Virus record (IMG/VR): IMGVR_UViG_3300037502_000383
Location: 1-60,999 of that record
Direction: 5' to 3' (one strand)
Origin: a virus
Lineage: Duplodnaviria; Caudoviricetes
Length of the DNA: 60,999 nt
In this document: positions 48,699 to 56,507 of the stretch, piece after piece
How the letters are laid out: every line of letters begins with the position of its first letter
Position numbering within the stretch: position 1 is the stretch's first letter
Made by a program: the position numbers and the translations under genes
The notes under the pieces: model-generated
Database searches by the model: none
Told to the model about the DNA's origin: nothing
The model's input: the letters and a program-made list of their open reading frames with translations, nothing else

Positions 48699-48868
48699 GC
48701 TCTCTCCCTCGCCTTAACAGCATCAGCTCTATGGCTCTTGTATATGCTCTCGGACTTGCGCTCGATGCAGGCTCGGCATATCCAACGCGGGACGCCGCGC
48801 GTGATCCTGCGCTCTCCGCCTTCTACTGACTTCGTGGCTTGGCAACTAGTGCAAAATTTGGTTTCCAT
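48695..48868 (-). CDS. 57-aa zinc-finger protein (not in ORF track)
   Basis: FCTSC...WICRAC; ATGA overlap; ATG close to promoter, possibly leaderless. Confidence 0.6.
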   Translation of the reverse strand: METKFCTSCQATKSVEGGERRITRGVPRWICRACIERKSESIYKSHRADAVKARERA

Positions 48869-48875
48869 AAAAGTG

Positions 48876-48904
48876 ATCGTAACCCTAGATGTAGATCATG
48901 TCAA
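48876..48904 (-). promoter_or_regulatory. Leftward sigma70 promoter
   Basis: TTGACA-17 bp-TACGAT on - strand. Confidence 0.7.
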
Positions 48905-49126
48905 TAGTTAAGATGATACAGGAACAATGTGTTGCATAACAAGATACAAAATGAGCAACATGGCAACGTTGCCACGTTTATAGATTGACAAGTTGCGAGG
49001 GATAGGTGGATGGAGTATTGTGTGCGTGGGTGCGCTGGCGGAATCTCCTCTCTCAGTGCTTTTCACGTACGTCGGTTGCACCCGTCTCCAAGTTGGCGAC
49101 GGCAGCGAAAGTGAGACGCTGCTCTT

Positions 49127-49161
49127 GACCCCGGCTCCTCCCCTTGTCGGGGTCTTTTTTT
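49127..49161 (+). terminator. Rho-independent terminator
   Basis: GACCCCGGC...GTCGGGGTC then T7. Confidence 0.7.
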
Positions 49162-49377
49162 GTTCCGGTATAATTACAGGTGACGAAAGCGGATGCTGGC
49201 GGTCTGTGACTACACGGGCTGGCGCAACCAGTGCAGCGAGTAGTCATCAAGACGCATGAGGATTGCCCTCGGTAAAACGGGGGATGAGCCAGTCCTCAGT
49301 CGTGTTGGTTAAGTTTATAGTAGGTTTGTTTTAAGTTTACAGTGGGCTTGTTTTAAGTTTACAGTCCCAGCAACCAC

Positions 49378-49406
49378 TTGCATCACATTTGAATCTGTCC
49401 TACACT
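49378..49406 (+). promoter_or_regulatory. Rightward sigma70-like promoter
   Basis: TTGCAT-17 bp-TACACT. Confidence 0.55.
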
Positions 49407-49417
49407 GTGCGCGTCAC

Positions 49418-49518
49418 TGTATCGGGCAGAGACAATAATCGAACCCTTAAAGTTTGGTTCTTATCCCTAAGGGGGAACGTGCCCGATACACGGAGAGCCA
49501 GACTTTAAGGGTTTTTTT
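49418..49518 (+). promoter_or_regulatory. Structured leader: terminator hairpin with competing/pseudoknot pairing
   Basis: 49442-49461 pairs 49494-49513 then T run; 49418-49428 pairs 49480-49490. Confidence 0.65.
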
Positions 49519-49551
49519 ATGGCCTCCGCAACCTTTGATTAGGACGGGAAC

Positions 49552-49818
49552 GTGGAAGAGCCGACAAACAGACAAGCCGTGCTGCGATTGCACGAAGCAA
49601 CGTCTCCAAAGTACGCCGTCTTTGCGCGTTCCCCATCTGGCCTTCGTGCCAACTTTAAATTTCTTCACGACTCACTTGAGTCAGCCATAGAACGCTGCCG
49701 TGAATATGCTGCTGACAAGGCAGCTCATGGTTACGTGGACTTTACGTATTACGCCATTGAGATTAAGCACCGCGTGGGTATTGAACGCGGCAAGATTGTT
49801 GACGAGCCAACGAAGTAA
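49552..49818 (+). CDS. Hypothetical protein
   Basis: 88-aa ORF downstream of structured leader. Confidence 0.5.
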   Translation: MEEPTNRQAVLRLHEATSPKYAVFARSPSGLRANFKFLHDSLESAIERCREYAADKAAHGYVDFTYYAIEIKHRVGIERGKIVDEPTK

Positions 49819-50148
49819 GTTACCTGTCCCGGCAGGTAGCCGGGCGCGCCTCCCGCGATAGCAGTGAGCCTGCATGGGCTGCTGGAGAGAGAACACTGGC
49901 CGAGGTCTCACCCGCCTGCGAGCCACGCCACCTGTCAGCGAGGGATGGCACAAGAGGGAAGGGCCAGTGGTGAGACATACCTTCCATCGAGATAATCGCT
50001 GCCTTCTGGGATTGCTAGGCTGCTAACACGTTTCAGTAGCTGGGCAGGGAGGATAACCCCGCCAGTGCTCCGCAAGGAGGGGGGCTATCACCCATGGGGG
50101 AACTAAACGCGGAACATACAATACATGGATGTTGACAGGAACAATGTG

Positions 50149-50177
50149 TTGACATACACTAGATCTAGATGTACATT
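50149..50177 (+). promoter_or_regulatory. Rightward sigma70 promoter upstream of the pentamer-array locus
   Basis: TTGACA-17 bp-TACATT; GGAGG SD downstream. Confidence 0.7.
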
Positions 50178-50201
50178 AAGTCCTAGATATAGGGAGGTGC
50201 G

Positions 50202-50408
50202 ATGACACAAGCAGAGTTGCTGGAGTTAGCGAAGCAAGCGGGCGGCGATGACTGGGGGATCTTCCGGGACTTCATGCCGGAGGTAGAGAAGCTGGCAGCG
50301 CTGATTGTGGAACGTGAGCGCGAACGTGCGGCCATGATTTGCCACCAGTGCCGGGACTGGGAATACGCCAGCGAGGAGATCGCGTACAGAATTTTGAATC
50401 AAGGGTGA
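50202..50408 (+). CDS. Hypothetical (AERE-family-like)
   Basis: GGGAGG SD; ERERERAAMIC. Confidence 0.65.
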   Translation: MTQAELLELAKQAGGDDWGIFRDFMPEVEKLAALIVERERERAAMICHQCRDWEYASEEIAYRILNQG

Positions 50409-50797
50409 GGCGAGCTTGGGTGCGGAATGGCCGGGCGAGGTGGCATCAGGTTTGGACTGGTAGGGCAGAGCTAGGAATGGCTGGGTCTGGTTCGGTGAGG
50501 AAGGGCGGGGCAGTGGGTAGTTCATTCGATGAGTGAACTATCCAATGCTGGGTCAGGTTAGGCAGAGTTGGGCAGGGATTGGAGAGGCGAGGCAAGTCGA
50601 TGTAAGGTAGGGCGAGGTCAGGTTAGGCTTGGCGGGGTCTGGTTTGGTGCAGCAAGGCGAGGTATGTAGTGGTTGGGTAAGGGCTGCTGTGCAGCGTATA
50701 GACGGTTCTCTGAGCCGTTTATGCGATGCGCGAGCATCATCGGGTACGGCGTGGCAAGTCACGGCGGGGCAAGCCCCGGTTCGGTTAGGTAAGGGTT
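50404..50797 (+). ncRNA. Putative guide-RNA array: three phased GG(Y)NN pentamer tracts separated by two conserved hairpins
   Basis: Tracts 50404-50513 (19/22 pentamers start GG), 50551-50680 (21/26), 50743-50792 (8/10); hairpins 50510-50548 and 50691-50729. Confidence 0.7.
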
Positions 50798-50816
50798 TTT
50801 AACTTTGGAGAACAAA

Positions 50817-51431
50817 ATGTCAAAAGCAAAACAAGTCGCAGAGGTAACTAACGGTGGTGCAGAAACAATTGAATCTGGCATCCCGTACATCGCTCACATC
50901 ACCATCGAGGGCAGTGCTGACTTCCTATTCCATCGATGGAATTGTGAAGCGGTAGAGACCAAAGCTAAAGCAGCCAAGAATTCTGCGGCTAAGAAGACGG
51001 ACGATATTGAGTCTTACGTTTGGCGCAATGACGACGGTGAGCTGTGCTGCCCCGGCGAATACCTGAGACAGTCAGTCATCATGGCGGCGAAGTTTAAGCA
51101 AGATCCACGCAGCCCAAGGAAGAGCGCGATGGATTTGACGAAGGCAGGCGTAGTCAGCCTGACCAATCTGGCTTCGTTTGGTAAAGAGAAATGGGATTAC
51201 GAAGACAAGCGCCGTGTCGTGATCCAGCGGGCTGGTGTCAATCGAGTGCGGCCTGCAATGAAAGCGGGATACCGGTTGGACTTTGATCTGATGATCTTGA
51301 CGCCGGAATATCTGGATCGGTTTTGGATTCAGGACACGCTGTCTACGGCTGGCCGATTGGTTGGGATTGGCGATTTCCGCCCGACGTTTGGCCGGTTCAA
51401 TGTAGTGAAGTTTGAAGTATCAGAAGGATAA
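50817..51431 (+). CDS. Solo RAMP/Cas7-like RNA-binding protein (204 aa)
   Basis: GGAG SD; HITIEGSADFLFH first strand, LCCPGEYLRQSV (cf. RAMP IPGSSLKG), C-terminal Gly-rich loop AGRLVGIGDFRPTFGRFNV; flanked by pentamer arrays. Confidence 0.65.
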   Translation: MSKAKQVAEVTNGGAETIESGIPYIAHITIEGSADFLFHRWNCEAVETKAKAAKNSAAKKTDDIESYVWRNDDGELCCPGEYLRQSVIMAAKFKQDPRSPRKSAMDLTKAGVVSLTNLASFGKEKWDYEDKRRVVIQRAGVNRVRPAMKAGYRLDFDLMILTPEYLDRFWIQDTLSTAGRLVGIGDFRPTFGRFNVVKFEVSEG

Positions 51432-51437
51432 AAACTA

Positions 51438-51492
51438 GGCGTGGCTTGGTGCGGCGAGATCCGGTACGCCAAGGTCAGGCAAGGCAAGGGTT
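51438..51492 (+). ncRNA. Fourth GG(Y)NN pentamer tract directly downstream of the RAMP-like gene
   Basis: GGCGT GGCTT GGTGC GGCGA GATCC GGTAC GCCAA GGTCA GGCAA GGCAA GGGTT. Confidence 0.65.
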
Positions 51493-51508
51493 CTTTAAGG
51501 GGACAATA

Positions 51509-52591
51509 GTGATTCAATTTAACCGCAGTTCAAGCCTTCGTGTTGATTCAGAGATCAACATGATGATCGCAGGGATGACCGCTGGTATCAGTACGCGGCC
51601 ACACCTAGTCACTGACACTCTGCTGGAGCTAGGTGCCAAGTATCCAGAGAATCTGAGATTGGCAGCGATTGCAGCGCGCATGGCGTGGTGGGCAGCGATT
51701 GATTGGGAAGACATAGACTTCATGCTGCCCATCATCCTGCCGCAGAACTTTACCTACAAGCAGGAGATCGTCGCTTGTGCTGGGTTCGAGCGCGCCAACC
51801 GCAAGTGGGGCATCGAAGAGGATCAGTGGTATTTGTACTGCGGCTTTGCTCCGAAGCTGATTACACCCGGCGGTCGAGTGATTCACGGCCACGTTGTGCA
51901 TCGCCCGAAGACCGGCACTGTGTTTGAAATACTTGAAGAGCTGGTGAACACGGCAATCTACGCTGAGATGCAAGGCTATTCGCTGAAGGTGGAAATGACG
52001 GGCGACTGGTGGAAATACGAGGAACCCTTCGAGGAGATCTTTGCGGATGTGTTCGAGTTCTGCCACGGCAAGCTGCCACGCAGTTTGATGGATGGTGCGC
52101 GAACAGAGATGCTCAAGGCATCGGATGCCACGATAGCAGAGTTTGCCTGCCTGAAAGAAGGTTGGTACAACGATATCACCGTGGCTATCAATGATGCGGT
52201 GTCGTATCCATTCCCGCTTGAGCCGGACATTGGCATCATGTATCTGCGCGGTGGCAACGCTTTGCATACGAAGACAGTGCTGCCGCCTGCTGGTCTGATC
52301 TGGCAAGAGCTATCATGGATGAGCAAGTTTGTCCGCCGCCGGGTGGTCATGTCAGATGATCCATCGCTCGGCCAGATGATTCATACCGGCGATGCTTGGG
52401 TGCAGGATCGTACCGATCAGGGCAGCAGCACTTCCTGCTTGCCTGAGATGCAGCACTTTCTTGATATGTACGAGGCCAAGCTGAACTGGTCTTGCCCATC
52501 GGCACCGATAGTCAATTCAGTGCAATGGAGTCGCGTTGACCGTGAGAATTACAGCCAAGTTAATCCTGTCTGGAGGTACATGATCTTATGA
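51509..52591 (+). CDS. Hypothetical, possibly degenerate fucosyltransferase-like (GT-B) protein
   Basis: AAGGGG SD before GTG; IGIMYLRGG and VVMSDD resemble NodZ/GT11/GT23 motifs. Confidence 0.45.
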   Translation: MIQFNRSSSLRVDSEINMMIAGMTAGISTRPHLVTDTLLELGAKYPENLRLAAIAARMAWWAAIDWEDIDFMLPIILPQNFTYKQEIVACAGFERANRKWGIEEDQWYLYCGFAPKLITPGGRVIHGHVVHRPKTGTVFEILEELVNTAIYAEMQGYSLKVEMTGDWWKYEEPFEEIFADVFEFCHGKLPRSLMDGARTEMLKASDATIAEFACLKEGWYNDITVAINDAVSYPFPLEPDIGIMYLRGGNALHTKTVLPPAGLIWQELSWMSKFVRRRVVMSDDPSLGQMIHTGDAWVQDRTDQGSSTSCLPEMQHFLDMYEAKLNWSCPSAPIVNSVQWSRVDRENYSQVNPVWRYMIL

Positions 52592-52710
52592 GTTGGTACG
52601 ACATCATTAGTCAGATACCCTTCGTCGCCGGTGTATTAGTCGGAGCGGGATTGTTTTTATTAATCGCTTTACTCGCAGTGATAGCCTTTTTTTGGGACAG
52701 TGAATCATGA
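52588..52710 (+). CDS. 40-aa single-TM protein (not in ORF track)
   Basis: GGAGG SD; ATGA overlaps on both sides. Confidence 0.55.
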   Translation: MSWYDIISQIPFVAGVLVGAGLFLLIALLAVIAFFWDSES

Positions 52711-53519
52711 ATATCAGCCTAGACAAATTAATAATCAACGCAGGCACACAGTCACGCGCCAAGATTGATGAGAACGTAGTTGCAGATTACGCGGACAGGA
52801 TGAAGGAGGGGGCGCAGTTCCCGCCCGCAATCGTGTTTCATGATGGAGCGGAGTATTTTCTTGCCGACGGTTTCCATCGTTACTTCGCAGCCAAGAAGGT
52901 TGGCAGTCCGGGCATTGCCTGCGATGTGCGCGAAGGAACCCTGCGCGATGCGATTCTGTTTTCATTCTCGGCAAATGGTACGCACGGATTGCAACGCACG
53001 GCGGCAGACAAGCGCAAAGCAATCATGTCTATGCTCACCGATATTGAATGGCAAGACTGGTCTGATCGGGAAATCGCCCGCCAATGCTGCGTCAGTCACA
53101 CATTTGTATCAGCACTTCGCAAAGAAGTCGGCGCAACCAAAGACAAAACAAAGATGAACGTGCGCGGCAAGCCGACAACGCTGATCCGCAAACCAGCAGA
53201 GAAGCAAGAAGAAGAGCAGGCGGAGATGAGCGAGGCAGATATCCAAGCCGAGACCATGAAGTTTGCAGTGCAAGAATTACAAAAGCAGAACGAAGAGTTG
53301 CAAGATCAACTAACAATTGCACAAGCGACAAGCTCTGATGAGATCCAAAGAGAAAAAGCAGAGTCAATCATCAAAGATTTACGCGCACAGATCAGGCTAT
53401 TGGAGATAGAATTAAAAGCAGTCACGATTAGCCGCGATCAGTTCCAAGCAGAGAACGCGCAGCTAATGAAGCAAGTGGCTATGTTGCAGAAGAAGTTGAA
53501 AAAACTCGAAGCGAATTAA
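52707..53519 (+). CDS. ParB/Srx-like N-terminal domain + HTH + coiled coil
   Basis: FPPAIVF...LADGFHRYFA; WSDREIARQCCVSHTFV. Confidence 0.8.
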   Translation: MNISLDKLIINAGTQSRAKIDENVVADYADRMKEGAQFPPAIVFHDGAEYFLADGFHRYFAAKKVGSPGIACDVREGTLRDAILFSFSANGTHGLQRTAADKRKAIMSMLTDIEWQDWSDREIARQCCVSHTFVSALRKEVGATKDKTKMNVRGKPTTLIRKPAEKQEEEQAEMSEADIQAETMKFAVQELQKQNEELQDQLTIAQATSSDEIQREKAESIIKDLRAQIRLLEIELKAVTISRDQFQAENAQLMKQVAMLQKKLKKLEAN

Positions 53520-53565
53520 TTAATCAAGCCCAAGCCAGCGGGTGTGCTGGCAGTTAAGGAGAGTT

Positions 53566-55041
53566 ATGACACTCAATCTCCGCTCCTATCAGGAGCAGAC
53601 GTTGAACGCCCTTCGTGAAGGGTTTGCAAAGGGGAAACGGGCGCAGATACTTTACGCGCCCACAGGCGCAGGCAAGACTGAGATGGCAATCGAACTCATG
53701 CGAGCGACGAAAGCCAAAGGTAACAAAGCGGCCATGCTTCTTGATCGTATCGTTCTGTGCGATCAAACATCCAAGCGACTGGAGAAATACAAGATCGACC
53801 ACGGCGTGATGCAAGCTGGTCACTGGCGCTATCGACCGTATGAACCGCTGCAAGTTTGTTCAGCGCAGACGCTGGAGAAGCGCGGCTCATTCCCCGGATT
53901 GAATCTTCTGATCGTTGATGAAGCGCACCAGACGCGCGAGCAGACTATCGAGTTCATCAAGAACAATCCAGAGATCCGCGTCATTGGCCTGACCGCAACA
54001 CCGTTTACAAAAGGACTCGGCAAGGTTTACGACAATGTGGTCAGCACCGTCACCACAAAAGAACTGGTAGAGCAGAACATCCTTGTCCCGCTGCGCGTGT
54101 TCATCGCAAAAGAAATTGACATGGCCGGAGCGAAGAAGGTTGCGGGCGAATGGTCGCAGCAGGAAGCAAGCACTCGCGGCATGAAGATCACCGGCGATGT
54201 GGTTGCAGAGTGGGTGAAGAAGACGCATGAGATATTTGGCAGACCGCGCAAGACCATTGTGTTTGCAAGCGGCGTAGATCACGGCGCTCACCTTGCCAAT
54301 AAGTTTCAAGAGCAAGGGTTCAATTTCATTTGCATCAGCTACAAAGATGATGACGAGTGGAAGAAGCAGGTCATCGAAGACTTCAGCAAACCGGACACAA
54401 AGATCGTGGGTCTGATCGCAACGGACATTTTGACCAAAGGATTTGATGTGCCGGATGTAATGATCGGCGTGTCGGCCAGACCATTTAGCAAGAGCCTGTC
54501 ATCACACATTCAGCAGATGGGCAGGGTCATGCGTGGTTGTGAGGGCAAAGAGTTTGCGATCTGGTTGGATCATTCCGGTAACTACCTGCGTTTCCGCGAG
54601 GATTGGGATGAGGTATTCGAGGAAGGCGTTGACAAGTTAGACGAGGGCAAAGAGAAGCCGAAGAAGGAACCGACTGAGCGCCTGAAAGAAGCAAGCAAGT
54701 GTCCGGTATGCAGCGCGCTGTGGCCGAGCAATTCTGACACTTGCTACAACTGCGGCCATGTGCGGGAGCGCAAGAACAAAGTCATCGCGGTCGATGGTGA
54801 GATGGTCGAGCTGTCCGGCAGCGCGTCGCGCGAGAGCAAGCAGTCATTCTGGAATCAAATGATCTGGCTACAGCGCTATCAAGGTTGGAGCAAAGGCAGG
54901 GCAGCGCACACATACAAAGATAAGTTTGGCGTTTGGCCGAGGGGTCTGAATGACAACACGCCGGAGATGATTACGTCGGAGACAAAGGCGTTCATCGATA
55001 AGAAGATGCGTCAGTTCCTTAAATCAATCGGGAAACGATAA
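53566..55041 (+). CDS. Superfamily II DEAH helicase with C-terminal Zn finger
   Basis: APTGAGKT, DEAH, GLTATP, QQMGRVMR, CPVC..CYNC. Confidence 0.92.
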   Translation: MTLNLRSYQEQTLNALREGFAKGKRAQILYAPTGAGKTEMAIELMRATKAKGNKAAMLLDRIVLCDQTSKRLEKYKIDHGVMQAGHWRYRPYEPLQVCSAQTLEKRGSFPGLNLLIVDEAHQTREQTIEFIKNNPEIRVIGLTATPFTKGLGKVYDNVVSTVTTKELVEQNILVPLRVFIAKEIDMAGAKKVAGEWSQQEASTRGMKITGDVVAEWVKKTHEIFGRPRKTIVFASGVDHGAHLANKFQEQGFNFICISYKDDDEWKKQVIEDFSKPDTKIVGLIATDILTKGFDVPDVMIGVSARPFSKSLSSHIQQMGRVMRGCEGKEFAIWLDHSGNYLRFREDWDEVFEEGVDKLDEGKEKPKKEPTERLKEASKCPVCSALWPSNSDTCYNCGHVRERKNKVIAVDGEMVELSGSASRESKQSFWNQMIWLQRYQGWSKGRAAHTYKDKFGVWPRGLNDNTPEMITSETKAFIDKKMRQFLKSIGKR

Positions 55042-55895
55042 TGGACTTCGTAGAATTTGCCCGCAGCCACGGCATCATCATCAACGATTTGCCGCCGGTC
55101 GGCGTGTGGAAGCGGTATCCAACAGAGGATCACCCGCGCAAGCGCAACGGCGCGGTTAAGTTTATGGGTACGCATGGGTTCGTTCAGAATCATGCGCTCA
55201 GTACGGTCACAAGTTTATGGAAGCCTGACTCAAGCGACCGTCTGAACTTAGATATGCGCGCGATTGTCATCAGCCAAGCGCAAGCAGAGCAGCAGCGCCG
55301 GAAGCTGGCAACGGAAGCGGTGGGCAAGGCGGTGCGTATGCTCAACGATAGCGGCTATAGCACTCACGCATACCTCACGGTCAAAGGTTTTCCAGATGAG
55401 CAGGGGTCTGTGCTGAACATTGAGAACAAGCCTGTCCTTCTGATCCCGATGCGAATGGGCAAGTCGCTCGTCGGAATCCAACAGATTTGGGAAGATGGCA
55501 CGAAGAAGTTTCTGTACGGTCAGCGCACTAGCGGCGCTACCTTCACGTTCGACAACAAAGGTCTGAACATCGTATGCGAAGGGTATGCTACTGCGCTTTC
55601 GGTTCGTGCGGCCATGAAGCAATTGAAGCGGCGCTACACAATTCATGTTTGCTTTTCGGCGGGTAACATGGTGCGCGTGGCCGACAGTCTGGAGCAGGGT
55701 CTAGTCATCGCGGACAATGATGAAAGCGGTACAGGGCAGCGCGCAGCGGAGGAAATAGGCTGGCCGGTCTGGATGTCTGATCGTGTAGGCGAAGATGCCA
55801 ACGACTGTCACCGTCGGATCGGTTTGTTCGCGTTCAGTCAAAGCCTGACCCAATCAATGCTCGGCATCAGTTACGCTCGGCATGGCGAAAGATAA
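55041..55895 (+). CDS. TOPRIM primase
   Basis: CEGYATA, ADND, GEDAND motifs; HAYL..KG. Confidence 0.85.
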   Translation: MDFVEFARSHGIIINDLPPVGVWKRYPTEDHPRKRNGAVKFMGTHGFVQNHALSTVTSLWKPDSSDRLNLDMRAIVISQAQAEQQRRKLATEAVGKAVRMLNDSGYSTHAYLTVKGFPDEQGSVLNIENKPVLLIPMRMGKSLVGIQQIWEDGTKKFLYGQRTSGATFTFDNKGLNIVCEGYATALSVRAAMKQLKRRYTIHVCFSAGNMVRVADSLEQGLVIADNDESGTGQRAAEEIGWPVWMSDRVGEDANDCHRRIGLFAFSQSLTQSMLGISYARHGER

Positions 55896-56054
55896 TCCGC
55901 CATGTGTATATGGCTGCATGATGGCAAGCGACTGCATGATCTCGCAGCCAAGCGCGAGACAACGGTCGCCTGATCCGGTGTAATCAGTAACTACCCTGAC
56001 CTGACCATCGTCTGATTCGATCAGGTACAGGGTGAACATCTTTTGATTTGTCAT
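55854..56054 (-). CDS. Hypothetical protein
   Basis: Last gene of leftward array; MTNQKMFTLYL. Confidence 0.5.
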   Translation of the reverse strand: MTNQKMFTLYLIESDDGQVRVVTDYTGSGDRCLALGCEIMQSLAIMQPYTHGGLSFAMPSVTDAEH

Positions 56055-56248
56055 GGTGCGAGTGTATCCTGCTGCGCCCACAACATACAGCGCACCAGCA
56101 TTTCGGCCATGTTATCCGTCTGCTCTTCTACCCATGCTTCGGGGTAGTGTTCAAATGGTTCCCAAGCGATTTTATCGTCTGGGTCTGCGTAGAAGTGTGA
56201 CTCTGCCATGCCAGCGGCAAGCGCTTCAATCTGTGCGAGTGTTCTCAT
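56051..56248 (-). CDS. Small early protein
   Basis: Starts at ATG within AGGAGATCAGACGATG repeat. Confidence 0.65.
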   Translation of the reverse strand: MRTLAQIEALAAGMAESHFYADPDDKIAWEPFEHYPEAWVEEQTDNMAEMLVRCMLWAQQDTLAP

Positions 56249-56262
56249 CGTCTGATCTCCTG

Positions 56263-56430
56263 TTAACTGTCCAAAAATGCGGCGGCTGCGGCTTTGCATT
56301 GCTTCACCTGATCGGCGGTCATATCCTCGGCCAAGTGTTCAGCAATAGCGGAAAGTCTGTCGGCGTATATATCTGTCGGCGCTGCTACTGCCAGCACCAA
56401 TAATTGAGTGAGTGCGTCTGATCGTTCCAT
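56263..56430 (-). CDS. Small early protein
   Basis: Repeat-associated start. Confidence 0.65.
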   Translation of the reverse strand: MERSDALTQLLVLAVAAPTDIYADRLSAIAEHLAEDMTADQVKQCKAAAAAFLDS

Positions 56431-56507
56431 CGTCTGATCTCCTGTTAACAATTGTGAAACGTGGCAACGTTGCCATGTTTATAGTTTGATAAGCGTCTGA
56501 TCTACTG

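Noticed and set aside
49028-49083. tRNA-like element (GGGTGC...TGGCGGAA...GCACCC)
   Set aside because: No TTCRA T-loop or proper anticodon arm; too short
49820-50110. GC-rich non-coding stretch with short inverted repeats
   Set aside because: Could be an ncRNA or origin, but no structure could be supported by eye
50226-50762. ORFs 50226-50525(-), 50339-50536(+) and 50553-50762(-) over the pentamer arrays
   Set aside because: Low-complexity translations produced by the 5-nt periodicity; no SD; period 5 is not codon-compatible
50404-50797. Classical CRISPR array, simple microsatellite or G-quadruplex as the explanation
   Set aside because: No 25-40 bp identical repeats with spacers; the variable positions are non-repetitive; a G4 would not need strict register, hairpin punctuation or a shared terminus (G4 formation itself is not excluded)
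50404-51492. Self-target of the decoded NN strings within the window
   Set aside because: Only a few partial candidates were checked by eye (e.g. near 49800) and none matched; not an exhaustive search, so no target is claimed
51446-51508. N-terminal extension of ORF 51446-52591
   Set aside because: It is the fourth pentamer tract; the SD supports GTG 51509
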